From Leptogorgia sarmentosa (lineage: Eukaryota), in assembly GCA_964658305.1 (NCBI GenBank), contig OZ210885.1, forward strand, positions 20,522,001 to 20,586,000: 64,000 nucleotides of DNA. The letters are read 5' to 3'. Under the pieces are notes generated by a model. The model made no database searches. It had not been told where the DNA came from and was given only the letters and a program-made list of their open reading frames with translations. The position numbers were made by a program, and so were the translations under genes. This document shows positions 1 to 12,878 of this stretch, piece after piece (the stretch's first letter is position 1; each line of letters opens with the position of its first letter).

Positions 1-1250
1 CATTATTGTATTAATAAGTGCCACCGTTATATACTAATCAGCCACTTGAAAAATAATGGTGCACTACAATTATAAATTAACACAACCAATAAATAAATAT
101 ATAATATATATATTATATATAGTCTATCACCTTAAAGTTACTTCAGTTGCAGAGTAAATGCCAATTTACTGTAAATTTTGATCCCTTGAAGGAAGGTGTT
201 TTATCTGATTCATCTGCACTGGCTGCATAGAATTTTCCATTACAAACTGTGGTTGATGATGGTTCCCATGGTTAAATTGAACTGTTGGCTGCATCATACC
301 TTGACCTGGGTAATGCGGTTGCTGGTGATTATTTGCTAAAGCTTGAGCAAGTAGGCCGAATCCCTGCAGGAGACCATTTCCCAACGAAGTAATAGAATCT
401 GCCATTTTGCCCATTGCTTGATTTATATTTTTATTTGAATCCAACAAACCATGAGTAATGCTTGTTTTCAATTCTATCTCTTTTTTTGCAGCATTAATCA
501 TAACCATTTCCCGTTGTTTGGATGACAGTTCTTTTTCCATTTTCTTTCGTTTATTGTCAACAAACTTTGGAGTTGGGTTGATATCAATGCTTCTCTTTCT
601 AGAACTTGACTGCTGCACCTGCTCCTCATCACTACTTCCATCCTCACTATTCTCTTGAAACAGTTGATTTGCATTACTATAATCATCAAAATCTAGCAAT
701 GGATCTGCATCATTTGCCAAATTTTCTGTGATATTTTCACTGTCTACAGTTTCGTTTATTTCTCTTGACGTACAAGCATTTTCATTGGCTTTTGTTGCCG
801 GAGAACCAGCCCAAATAGCAGAAAGATCATCCCAGTTGTCACGCACAATTCGATGACTTCCAGACCGAGTGCCCAAGGTCTGCCTCGAAATCAACACCTT
901 CAAATTCTTTTAAACTTTTGTACTCCTTTATACTAACCAACAGCATTCTTACCATCTCATCGCTCCATTTCCACTTCTTTGGCTTGGCTTTCGCTCCTTT
1001 CTCTTTCGGCGCCATATTGGATTTTTGTTTTTCTCCCGGGGTGGCGTGTTCACATGGAAAAAAGTTGTCCAGCTCAGGCGAGTATCCCGCCTCGTGTAGG
1101 CGAGTAACCCGCTTCGCTTTTTATCCCGGGTCAATTAAAATAACATGTGAACAAGCCTATACAATTTATATGGAGTCGAGGCAATTTTTACCCCGGGACA
1201 GCAGCTTGCCCTGGGACAAAAAATACACGCGGGATCATGTAAACAGGCCC
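1..1250 (-). mobile_element. PIF/Harbinger DNA transposon, one end (runs off the window's left edge)
   Basis: Terminus ...CATGTAAACAGGCCC (1236-1250) is followed by TAA, matching a Harbinger-type TIR and TWA target. CCCGGG subterminal motifs and a Myb/SANT-like gene lie inside. Confidence 0.75.
166..1015 (-). pseudogene. Harbinger Myb/SANT-like accessory protein, internally deleted and frameshifted
   Basis: ATG at 1015 gives MAPKEKGAKAKPKKWKWSDEMVRMLLVSIKEYKSLKEFEGVDFEAD, then a frame change into GTRSGSHRIVRDNWDDLSAIWAGSPA and an acidic/coiled-coil tail (ORF 166..903). Confidence 0.7.
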
Positions 1251-2366
1251 TAAATCTATAAAGCAGAAAACGGTAGATGATATCTGTTTGTAAGATTTCT
1301 TCACTAAAAATAATTATGTGTGCGTATTTATGTATTAAGGCAGAAAAGACTGATGAAGATAGTTCAATAGAAATTGTTGAAATTCCTGGTAAAACCCAAG
1401 GTAAGACGTCATTTTCACTTTGCACTTCAAAAAAAAAATCACAAATATGTACTTATTTTCCCATTCACAACTCATTATAGTTTTATATATTTAGGGGGGG
1501 GGGGTCGAACATGTAGCAAAAGATCAGAAATCAAAATATGAACATTTATTATCAAGTTTTTTATTTCACTAGAAAATCCGAGAACAAGTATTCAGAACAA
1601 ATACACTTTGGAAGCCGATGGATTGGAGATTTTTGAAATTGAAGCGGACACACACAAACATAATGTACAAGAAATAATGAATGTCATGATAAATTAAATA
1701 CATTATATACGTATTTTACATTTAAATCAATGAATGTCATAATATATACAAGACTTGATATCTTAAAGCAAACTTTTATACAAAATTTAAATCCTTCTGT
1801 CACAGATCCAGCGACAACCTCTGTCAAATGATGCTTGTTATGCAGACAATATCGATGATTCTCAGGCTCAGCGTTATGCAGGTAGACGTCAAGAAAAAGA
1901 AAAATACAATTCAATTGAGCAAGCACTGCAGCATCTACTGTATAGTGAATAAAATCTACCTATTATCTGTAATATTTCATGTAAGTGCATGACTTGCGAT
2001 TGGATAAAATTCGTGTTTATTAAGCCGGTTGTATGCACATGAGTCAGTTTTGGTCTAACAGCTTTCAGTAGAATCATATTAGTTGAATACAATTGCAAAT
2101 GTTGTAATTTGATTGGCTACTCTACTCGCTGTCTATTCCTCGATAGTTAGCAAGTAGCAAAACAATCATTTTGCAGGCGATTTTTTTTTAAAAATGGCTT
2201 TTAGCTTGCGTTTTCATGCAATATATTATGTTTGATCTCTATCACCTCATAGCAATTGAGAGCAAGTAATCTAATTGTTAATTGTAGAAATCTCGAGCTC
2301 ATAATTAAATAGTTAATTAGTGTTCCTTATTCCATTGCTTGTTTATGGATTTTCATTACAGCAATT

Positions 2367-3286
2367 GTGGACAGCGTTGGAAGTGATCGCGAGGAAAACT
2401 CTGATGGCACATCCTTGGAGAATATCGAAGAAGTTCGCTTTTATAACAATGACCCAGCACTACCAGTGTACCGTTGGGGGTTATTAAGTGGTTTGGCAAC
2501 TGATGACGTGGCAGCTATTCGTTTGAAGGAACAAATCCATCTAACCAAGATCGCTACAAGAGTTCCCACTTGTATAAGTAAGAATACTGCTTTTGTTGTC
2601 GACTCAATGAAAATCCGCAGCAGATCAGATGTGATGATATGGGGGCGTGGACTTACACAGGATCAAAAGCATTTTCCTATTACATTGATGAAGATGGAAA
2701 AGTCCATAGAGGGAATGATTTGGAAAATCATAAGGAATATCAATTGAGCCGTCAATTTTTTAAAAACAAGAGCTTACCGTCATTGCGAAAGGTGATAATA
2801 ACTGCACAAAACGTCATTTCAAAGATTACAAGTGATTTGTGCTTTATACAGTACATTTTTGGTGATGGGGAACAAGATGTTGTTGTGCAAGCTCATGGAA
2901 ACAAGAAGAAGTTTGATTCCACAAGCGTTCGTGGCTACAGAAGAACAACAAAGAGTACGAAAGATCTCATAGAGAAAAAGCTGACGGTTGTACCACCACA
3001 GGAAGCTACTCAGGAAATCATAAAGGAAAGGGGTGGCATCATGAATATAAAAAACGCCGGAGAGTTTCCTCGAAATCGCAGCCAAATGTATAACATCAAC
3101 AAGAAGATGAAACGTGAAAAGAGTGGAGTGGATCTCTCGCACAATGACCCGCTTTTACAAGTCATCACAAAAGCAAAAGAAGAGCAAATGGGAAAGGCAA
3201 AAAACATCCTTATCCGAGAAGTTCCATTGTTTCCTGAGCCAATCGTGTTTCTGGCATCGGATCAGCAGCTGGAAGACATTGAACGG
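2367..3286 (+). pseudogene. MULE/Mutator-like transposase, N-terminal part
   Basis: Frameshifted ORFs 2367..2747 and 2639..3325 with HGNKK, PRNRSQMYN and PEPIVFLASDQQLEDIER, which I recognise as the segment preceding the DDE core in invertebrate MULE-like proteins. The core itself is absent. Confidence 0.6.
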
Positions 3287-5680
3287 TATCTAAGGAAATC
3301 TAAGGATTTTCCCCGAAAAGTTTAAATCATCTATTTAAGTGCATTTGTGTAGAAAAAGTGTACTATTGCTTTTAATTTTTAAGCTATTTATCAATTGTGG
3401 TTAACTAAAAATATGTTTTCATATTAGACCCCCCTCGGTTTCCGAAATTTTCCGAACGTTTTTGAACGATGGGATTTAGAAATTTGGCGTCAAACGCTGT
3501 AATTAAAGTTTAAAGTTTCGAAAACTGTTTGTATGAAATTAAAACGTTTTTTGGGGAAAAAACAATGGTTAAATAAGGATGAAGCGGGCAGGTAGTGCCA
3601 TTCACAATAGTAGCTCTGAGTCAGAGTGACAGCAACAAAAACGTTGGGAAAAAACGTAATAAAACAGGAGGAAATCCAGCAAAAAAGAAGAGGTATGTTC
3701 AAAAATTTCTTCCCTGTTGGCTTTACGACGACCAGTTCAAGGATTGGCTTGAAAAACGAGGCGAAACACCTTATTGTAAATTCTGTCAATGTTCCCTCTC
3801 GTGTGCTAAGACTGCACTCGTGCGGCACAAGGAAAACAGAAAGCACAAGTCATTATCTTCAACTAGAGAAAAATCGCAATCAATCACATCAATGTTAAAC
3901 GCGCAATCGAAGCCAGCACATATCGAAATAAAGATTTGCTCTTTCATCACAGAAAAGAACCTTCCCATCAGCATTGTTGAAGATTTAGTGCCCTTTCTTA
4001 AGAATCTTTTCCCTTCCAATGAAGCTCTTGAAGAAGTAAAACTTGGTAAACAGAAAGCTACCAACCTCATCCGGCAGGTTTTAGGATTTTACTCTATTCA
4101 GGAATGCATAACCAAGCTTAAATCAAACAAGTTCTCTGTGATTATCGGCGAGACTACCGATTTGTCAACAACTTCCCAGCTAGCTATACTAGGAGTATTC
4201 TTCAACGAACAGACCTTTCGCCTTGAAATTATTCTTATTGATTTGGTGCCACTACCAAATGGAACAGAATACCATTTACAATACCTTGATTGCAAATATA
4301 AAAGAAAAGGGGGATTCCAATGAAAAACATTGTTGGATTTTGTGCAGACACTTGCAATGTCATGTTCGGCATCCACCACTCCGTTGCTCAGTTATTGGTC
4401 AGAGACTATCCTTGGATTATTGTCATAAAGTGCTCCTGCCACTTGATACATTTGTGTAGCTCTCACGCCTCGAAAATGCTTCCAAAGTCAGTGAAAGATC
4501 TATGTAGAAATATATTCTCCCACTTCAGTATGTCAAGCAAAAAAGTCGAGTCATTTAAGGGGTTTCAACAATTCGTTGAGGTTAAAGAGTTGAAAATTTT
4601 GCGTCCAGGTAAGACTTTCGTGGACCACATTACTCGCTTCGATATTTATATACATGCAACAAATCTTTTTTCGCCTTGGATTTATACATGACTTTCATGA
4701 CACCATTAAAGTGCTAACATACAGAAGTAATTACCGTAAGTAACTACCGTAAGTAATTCATAATTTATCGAATTACGTCCAGCCTAAAATAATCATAACC
4801 TATACCATGTCTTTACTTATGATACTTTACTTATTCAGGGACAACCAGATGGCTGTCAATGAAATCTTGTCTGAAGAGAATTCTAGATCAGTACCCGGCA
4901 CTGCTGCTCTACTTCACTGGTGAAGTAGTAGATGACCCAACTCATACAAATGATGCAATACTTTCAGGCTTGAATAATAAGTTTAATCAAGCCTTTTTAG
5001 AGTTCATGGATTTCAACCTAGGTCGGTTTGTCTCCTTCAATCTCCTCTTCCAAAGCGAGATGCCACAACTCCACCAGTTAAAACCAGAGGTAACGGTAAA
5101 AACTATTTACGTATCAATGTATGTTTTTTTGCGCATATAATTATAATAATCAGTTATCTGTAAAATTATCTTGTCAAATAGCTTTTTATTATTATTATTA
5201 TTAGGTCGAAAAACTCATCAAGAGCTTATGTCTGGATTTCATGGACGTGGCACATGTCAGAAGCACTGATGCCTTTAAAATCAATCCATTGAATAAAGAG
5301 AAGCAGCTTGTTAAATTATTTAAGTCACTTGAAGTCGCATGTAGCTCGTATGGCCAATTTTAGGTATTGATTTGCAGTAGTCAAATCATCGAGCATGTGA
5401 CTGATGCGATGAGCTAGAGTGTTTAGTGTTAACTTCTAGTCTTCTAAGTTGTTGTAATTTTTTAGTATGTATTGAGTTTGCAAAGTTTGTTATTTTGCAT
5501 TGGGTTTAAATTGTATTAAATTGTTTGTTTTGGTACGTAATCACCGCAAACTTCCCGATGGAATTTCAAGGAAATTTCAAGGAAATTTCAAGGAAATTAC
5601 GTATACTATCTAAGGAATTTAAGGAAATTTTCATGCAAAAAATAGGGTTTGAAATTTTGATTTAGAAAATGGAAGCACTG
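3287..5680 (+). mobile_element. hAT DNA transposon remnant (left TIR lost)
   Basis: Right end ...AATGGAAGCACTG at 5680 (reverse complement CAGTGCTTCC, a hAT-like CAG terminus). AAGGAAATTTC/TCTAAGGA subterminal repeats occur at both ends. Confidence 0.75.
3595..5300 (+). pseudogene. hAT transposase (ZNF862/KIAA1586-like) with zinc finger; spliced and frameshifted
   Basis: YCKFC...H...H finger, KFSVIIGETTD (first catalytic D mutated), ADTCNVMFG, KCSCHLIHLC and TRWLS motifs. GT-AG introns at about 4609-4838 and 5090-5204. Confidence 0.85.
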
Positions 5681-5880
5681 GACATATTTGGGAAAAAAAT
5701 TGATGGCGGAAAGGACGGACGTTTGGTTGACTGTTGCTCTTCCGAAGAATTCAACAGCGCTTTAACATCAGCCACAAAAAACTGGAACACTATTCACGAA
5801 AATGGCAAGGATTTTGTGAATTATTTCCTAAAAGAAAAAGCTGACGTTATTAGAGAAACGGCAACAGCTGATATTCGTTC
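5681..5880 (+). pseudogene. MULE-like transposase, middle fragment
   Basis: DIFGKKIDGGKDGRLVDCCSSEEF...W...FVNYFLKEKADVIRE resumes immediately after the hAT terminus. Confidence 0.55.
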
Positions 5881-5963
5881 TGTTGCAACAAAGCTGACAA
5901 CGGAACGTACTTCGCTAAGCTACTTGATTTGCATTTCTATTTTGTCAGTAAATTGTTTATATA

Positions 5964-6738
5964 CTGGGTGTATAAAAAAAAAGTTTACTGATGAAAAACA
6001 TTCTCTAAACCAACGAGCGCTCAAAATTTCCAAAAACTTTCGGTTAGCATGGGTAGTTTAACACCCTCTGGTATATCTAGCCCTAAGTTTATTTTAAAAA
6101 CAAAGTTTTTTAGAATGGCAAATCTGGTTACTGAAAGGCCCATTAAAAACGGCTTGCGCGGAAAAAATAAGTTTTCTTCACACAATTTGATTTAATCGCA
6201 TGAAAATATGGAGTATGATATACAAGCTATTCAAGTTTTGAGAAATTTGGTGCACGCAGAGACGAACGCGCGATGTCCGAAAACTGGATTTTCCGCAATT
6301 TCTTCGCGTAATTACGGACCTTTGGGAATTAGCTTGCAATTTCCATTGGTAATTAATGCAAATATCCAATTATGCATAAATTAATCGGTAATCATGCAGG
6401 AAAGAACACAAAATCCAGTTTTCGGACATAGCACGTTCGTCTCAGCGTACACCAAATTTCTTAAAACTTGAATAGCTTGTATATCATACTCCATATTTTC
6501 ATGCGATTAAATCAAATTGTGTGAAGAAAACTTATTTTTTCCGCGCAAGCCGTTTTTAATGGGCCTTTCAGTAACCAGATTTGCCATTCTAAAAAACTTT
6601 GTTTTTAAAATAAACTTAGTGCTAGATATACCAGAGGGTGTTAAACTACCCATGCTAACTGAAAGTTTTTGGAAATTTTGAGCGCTCGTTGGTTTAGAGA
6701 ATGTTTTTCATCAGTAAACTTTTTTTTTATACACCCTG
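5964..6738. mobile_element. Foldback MITE, Tc1/mariner type (C[A/T]GGGTGTAT termini, TA TSD)
   Basis: Near-perfect palindrome of about 775 bp (arms about 5964-6295 and 6410-6738) flanked by TA. Confidence 0.85.
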
Positions 6739-7825
6739 TATATTTGTCCTAATTCACAACTTGAGGACACTCATAAGCCGGTTGTGATGTCCTTCAATGA
6801 TGTTAGAACTGCCCTGGTGTTCGGTTATGGCGATGGGCAGATAGATGACGAAGAGTTTGTGCTTCTCTACGATGCATATAAATCAACAAATCCTGTTTAC
6901 CCTTACTGGGAATTTGGTGACTTTTGCTGGGAAGAGTATGACTCCAGTGAGTTTGAAGCTATGTTTAGAGTGAAACAAGAGGACATCCCTATTCTTGTGG
7001 ATGCTTTGAGAGTTCCAGAAACATTCAAGTGTCGTCAAGGAACAATTTGTGATGGCATTGAAGGGTTGTGCATATTGTTAAAAAGGTACACTATACACAA
7101 TAAAGTATAAATGTTAATCTGTTAATTATTTGTAGTTTTATATTTTGTACATTTGATGTAGTCGGGCTTTTTTATAAATATTTTTATATAATTTCTTTCT
7201 ATTGTACATGGAACCAAATTTAGTAATGTACATGTTTTTGTCGGGTACCTTGAATTCTTATATTTATGTATTTTATTTAAACCTTCCTTCAGATTAGCGT
7301 ATCCTTGTCGATATGTTGACATGATGAGCACATTTGCAAGACCTTTGCCTGAGCTATGCATGATCTACAATACAGTACTTGACTGGATTTACGATGTTCA
7401 TGGCTTCCACCTAACATCATGGAACCAAAGCTTTTTATCTCCTTTGGCACTGGCACAGTATGCAAATGTAAGAGAACGAGGAAGTCCCTTAGTCAATTGC
7501 TTTGGGTTCGTTGATGGCACAGTGCGACCAATATCCCGCCCTGGCAAGATGCAGCGTGTGGTGTACAATGGACATAAACGTGTGCATGCACTTAAATTTC
7601 AATCAGTTGCTCTGCCAAATGGTTTAATAGCCAATCTATATGGTCCTGTTGAGGGACGTCGCCATTGTGTGGTCATTTGTAAGTTAATTGTTTACTACAT
7701 ATGATAATTAGGTGTTATTGTAATGACTATAAAAGGCATGGTTGAAGAGGGTTCTGAAATATATATAGATCGACCATGAAAGTAAAGAAGATTGGTCGGT
7801 AAGCATATCGCTAGGAAGGACTAAA

Positions 7826-10209
7826 GTGCGATTCAAGATTGACACTGGGGCCGACGTAACGGTAATACCTGAAGCTGATTATGTGCAAAGTGGACTTCCA
7901 CAACTTAGGTCAACATCCAAAACTTTGTTTGCACCTGGTCGAGAGAAACTACCCATTAAAGGAGTCGTCAAAGGCGTATTGAAAACTTCAAGTTTGAAAG
8001 AAACACTGCAAGATATTTATGTTATTGGGAACCTTAAAGAACCTTTGCTAGGAAGACCTGCTATTGATGCCCTAAAAAGTCGATGTACCCACTGATTGGT
8101 GTGCAGGGATGGTCGTCGTACCCAAACCAAATGGTAATATTCGAATATGTGTCGACCTAACGAAACTCAATGAGAATGTTCTTCGCGAGACTTACCCTCT
8201 TCCAAAGATAGATAACCTATTGGCACAGATCAGCGAATCCAAAATCTTCACTAAATTGGATTGCAATTCAGGATTTTGGTAGGAGAAGCTAGACGAACAA
8301 TCTCGGTTATTAACCACGCTTATCACACCGTTTGGCAGGTTCTGCTTCAATCGAATGCCTTTTGGTATCAAGACGGCACCGGAACATTATCAGAAGAAGA
8401 TGAACGAAATTTTGGAAGGCCTGGATGGTCAGGTATGCATCATTGATGACATATTGGTCCATGGAAAGACCCAGCAAGAACATGACAGTAGACTTAGAGC
8501 AGTGCTGAAGAAACTAGATGAATCTGGAGCTACACTTAATCCAGAGAAGTGCGAGTTTTCAAAGAAAGAAGTCAAGTTTGCTGGTTGTATCCTTAACGAA
8601 GAAGGAATTAAATCCGATCCCGATAAAACAGAGTCGATTCGAGACATGGATGCACCTCAGAATGTGGGCGATGTACGTAGATTCCTTGGAATGGTTAACC
8701 AACTTGGGAAGTTTATTAACCACTTAGCAGAGAAAACGAAGCCAATTAGAGACCTCCTCAGTAAAAACAATGAGTTTCTATGGGGACCAGTTCAACAAGA
8801 AGCCTTTGAGAAGTTGAAAGTCGAATTAAGTTCCACACCAGTACTTGCTTATTACGATCTTTCCAAGAAAACCATTTTGTCAGCAGATGCCTCCTCTTAT
8901 GGTCTTGGGGCTGTCCTTCTACAACAACAAGAGAACGGTGAAAGAAAGCCAATTGCGTACGCATCGAGATCTATGACAAGCACCGAACAGCGCTACGCCC
9001 AGATTGAAAAAGAAGCTTTGGCAATAACTTGGGCGTGCGAGAAATTCAACGATTATATCCTTGGGAAAGATATTCTCGTAGAGACAGACCACAAACCACT
9101 TGTTCCTTTATTTGGCACAAAGCTTCTTGATCAACTCCCTCCTAGAATTCAGAGATTTAAAATGAGACTGATGAAATATTCATTCCACGTTAATCATATA
9201 CCAGGAAAGGAGTTAGTCACTGCTGATACCCTTTCAAGAGCGCCAATTAGAAAACCACCTACCAAAGTCGATAAGCGCTTGACAGAAGATTTGAGCTTGT
9301 ATGTGGCGAACACTTTCGAAAGCCTACCAGCTAGCGAACGGAAAGTTGAAGAAATTCAACTTCATCAACAAGATGATGAAGTGTGCAGAAAACTTTCAGA
9401 ATTTTGCACTGAAGGTTGGCCAGATAGGACTAAGGTGAACTCAACTCTCCTTGCTTATTGGCCAGAGAGAGGTAATATCACAGTGCAAAGAGGTATTCTG
9501 ATGAAAGATACAAGATTAGTCATCCCGTCTTCATTACGACTGAATACTCTGGATAAAATTCATGCGGGTCATCAAGGAATTCGAAAGTGTCGAGAAAGAG
9601 CACGCGAGTCTGTGTGGTGGCCAGGGCTGAGTAAGCAGATTGAAGATATGGTTACGACTTGCCCAACTTGTTGTAAGCATCGACAAAACCACGCAGAGCC
9701 TATGATAGCGTCTCCACTCCCGGAACGACCCTGGCAAAAGATTGCCACAGACCTTTTCCATCATAATGGTAAAGACTATATCATCGCTGTCGATTATTAT
9801 TCCTGATTCTTCGAAGTCGCTCCACTCAAAAATACCCCCTTCAGAGAACGTCATGAACCACTTGAAATCGTTTTTCTGTTGTCATGGTATCCCAGAAATT
9901 GTCATGTCGGATAATGGGCCGCAATTTTCTGCAGCTACTTTTTCAAAATTTGCAGACTAATGGGGGTTTACCCATTTAACAAGTAGCCCCTATTACCCTC
10001 AAAGTAATGGAGAGGCAGAGAGAGCAGTAAGCACCGCAAAGAGTCTATTTGTCTAATCGGAAGATCCATATTTGGCTCTACTGTCCTATAGAACAACACC
10101 ATTACAGAACGGACACACTCCAGCAGAGCTACTAATGGGACGCAAATTACGTTCTACTTTGCCTTTATCTACAGAAAAGCTGAAACCTATGTTATTAGAC
10201 GCGGAACAA
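7826..10209 (+). pseudogene. Gypsy A pol (protease, RT, RNase H, integrase) with stops and deletions; tail continues at 18878-19236
   Basis: IDTGAD, IIDDILV, ADASSYGLGAVL, H...H/CPTC zinc finger and SDNGPQF motifs. The frame rejoins across the Kolobok TTAA site. Confidence 0.92.
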
Positions 10210-10573
10210 TTAAAGTGCATATGACACGAAATTTTTTTTCCCACATTTCAATAAAACGACCTTTAAAAAGCATGTCTGCAAAATTTTAAACGCCAACTAT
10301 AAAAAGAAGAGGTTAAATTAGGCAAACATATTCCGCATTTCAAACCTAAATGTGTCATTCAAATTGCGCGGCCAAAATCATAACGGTGACGTCACATTGG
10401 TTGCATGTCGAGATTTTTTATATGCAAATATGGCGGAAGCTTATGAAGCAAGAAAAAGAGGAGGTCGTTATTGTGTCGCTGGAGCGCCAAATGATGTTAG
10501 TTGTACTAACTCAACGTTTACAGATGGAATACGGATGCATCAGTTCCCATCTAATCCGATCGTAAGACCCCAG

Positions 10574-10813
10574 GGGCCGGTTGTTCGAAAGGTGGATAGC
10601 GCTATCCATTGGATAGCGATTTTTTCAAGCTTCCCAAAACAACCCGTTGATCACTCTTATTTAGATTAAACTTTGATATTTTAAAGTTGGACTTTCTCTC
10701 AATTACTTGCCAGGCCCACATCTGCAATTTCATAGCTTTTTGAACATTTTTACAACGGTTGAAAAAATCACTATCCAGTGGATAAAGTTATCCGACTTTC
10801 GAACAACCGGCCC
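10574..10813. mobile_element. Harbinger-type MITE (TIR GGGCCGGTTGTTCGAAAG, TSD CAG) inside the THAP exon
   Basis: CAG at 10571-10573 and 10814-10816; removing it restores ...IVRPQWVKF. Confidence 0.9.
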
Positions 10814-11614
10814 CAGTGGGTTAAATTTGTACAGCGCCATCGGCATGACTTCCGCGAACCACTGAGCAAATACACCTCGCTTTGCTCGGCACATTTCGAG
10901 TCAAGTTGCTACGAAAGGAAATATATTGGCCTGCTTACTTCGGAAAGCAAAATGCAATTTATCTTGCGCAAAGATGCTGTCCCAACCATCGACTCTGTAT
11001 CGTCGGAAAGAGAAGGAATCCTTACTGAACGCGATAAAAGACAGGTAAGTCTAGTTATTATGGGCAATGGCATGAATCGCATTTATATGATAATTTGATA
11101 TTCAAATAGGATTTGGCAATGCATATATCAACATATTTTAAATTTATTACTAACATACAGACACCGTTTCATCAAACAATAATTTGGTTTAATTTTGCTT
11201 TACTGTAGTTTCATTATCGTTGATATAGACATTGTAGACTATAGTTTAAAACACTATGATGTAAACCAATTATTCGACGAACTGATATGTAAATGAAATT
11301 GAAATAATGGTCAAGGCTTTGGCTTTTTATGTAGTACAAACGAGATGCTTTGTCTTTGGCTGAACCAGCAAAGAAGAAAGTAAAGAAATCTGTAGAACCA
11401 TCTGTAGAGTCAACTTCGGGCAGAAGAGAAGACAGCCAAAATAGAAGCTGACCTAGAGCAATATCGCGATCGTGCTGTTCAACCTCCGTTAAACGTCGAG
11501 TGTTATGAGGCAAGACTGGCTAGTCTAGAGCGCACTGTTGACGGAATTGGTGAAGGAATTCGTGTTTTAGAGTCTGAAGCTGAGCAGAAACTTGCCTGCG
11601 TACACGCCCAATTA

Positions 11615-12732
11615 ATGGCCACAGTACATGCCGACATAAAAGCCAAGGTCCTCAAGGAATTGCGTGATGAGCTTCTGCCGCACACTAGACAAGCAGCGTG
11701 GGTGGAACAAAAGAAGGAAGACGAGCCTACAACAATGCCTATACAAAGGAAGTTGAATTTTTCTTGTTTATCTGCAACCCACTCTTCCATGAAGCCGTCC
11801 TTGTCTGTTAAAGCCGTGGCCAATACAGGGGATCTAAATACGACACAACCACCAAGGTCTAGTTCGTACACTAAACCAATTCAGAAGCCAACCTCGTTCG
11901 ACCGTTCGACGGTTCCACAGAATGGGAGGCATATTTTGCTCAATTTCAAATCATTGCTAAGTTGAACGACTGGGATGATGAATCGAAAGCTGCATATTTA
12001 GCCTCTAGTTTAAAAGGACCAGCGCTTGTGGTGTTAGGAAACCTATCAGTAGAGAAGCGTCAGAACTACGCTGCTCTAACGGGTGCGCTGGAAAACCGTT
12101 TTGGAATTAGCCATCAAACTGACCTTTCCCAGGTACGCTTTAAAAACTGCGTTAAACAGCGTGAAGAGACACTACCTAAGTTGTCTGAGGACATTGAGCG
12201 TCTATCCCGATTAGCGTATCCTGATGCACCACCTTCGTTACAAGATGTACTTGCCAGAGATCAGTTTATTGACTCTTTGCCAGAGGAGGAAATACGTCTT
12301 CGTCTTAAACAAGAAAAACCACAAAACCTTCGTAAAGCTCTTGAATTGGCTTTAGAGCTAGAATCTTTTCAACTGGCTGCCAGGCAACGCCAAAGATATG
12401 CAAGAGAAGTAACCTTGGGTGATGCAACACCGTCGAGTACCTATGTTAACAACTCGTTGGGACGAACACCTGAGATAGAGAGGGTAAACGCAAGTAATTC
12501 GCAAATCATGAAAGTGGTGGAACGCCTGGAAACAACCATGGAACGTTGTATGCAAAACATCTTAACTGTGATGGGAGATCGGCGACGACGTCGTTCGGAA
12601 CAAAGCTGTTGGAAGTGTGGTGCCACTACTCACTTGCGGAGAGATTGCCCGGAGCTGGCAAGGCAAGATTCTACCCAATCACCTGGAAGAGAGAGAGAAG
12701 CGTTGTCTTCTAATCAGGGAAATGGACAGTAG
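11615..12732 (+). pseudogene. Gypsy B gag (frameshift near 11915) with CCHC knuckle
   Basis: NDWDDESKAAYLASSLKGPA...LARDQFIDSL...CWKCGATTHLRRDC...NQGN. Confidence 0.85.
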
Positions 12733-12780
12733 CTGATTCACAGGGGCGTGGTTCAGCTACTCAGGAAAATAAAGCCCCTG
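12717..12780 (+). promoter_or_regulatory. Programmed -1 ribosomal frameshift signal: G GGA AAT plus H-type pseudoknot
   Basis: Heptamer 12717-12723 is in gag phase. Stem 1 pairs 12729-12741 with 12748-12760; stem 2 pairs AGGGGC (12742-12747) with GCCCCT (12774-12779). The -1 frame is open into pol. Confidence 0.8.
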
Positions 12781-12878
12781 AAGTAATTTATAAAACTGCC
12801 GTAGGGTGTTTACGCATAGGTGCTGAGGAGGTTCCATTACGACGCGTTGGGCAACAGAACCAAGCAATTAGTCGAAAG

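Noticed and set aside
1340..1400. Possible small exon (AEKTDEDSSIEIVEIPGKTQ) between AG and GTAAG
   Set aside because: Too short to assign, and no supportable partner exons.
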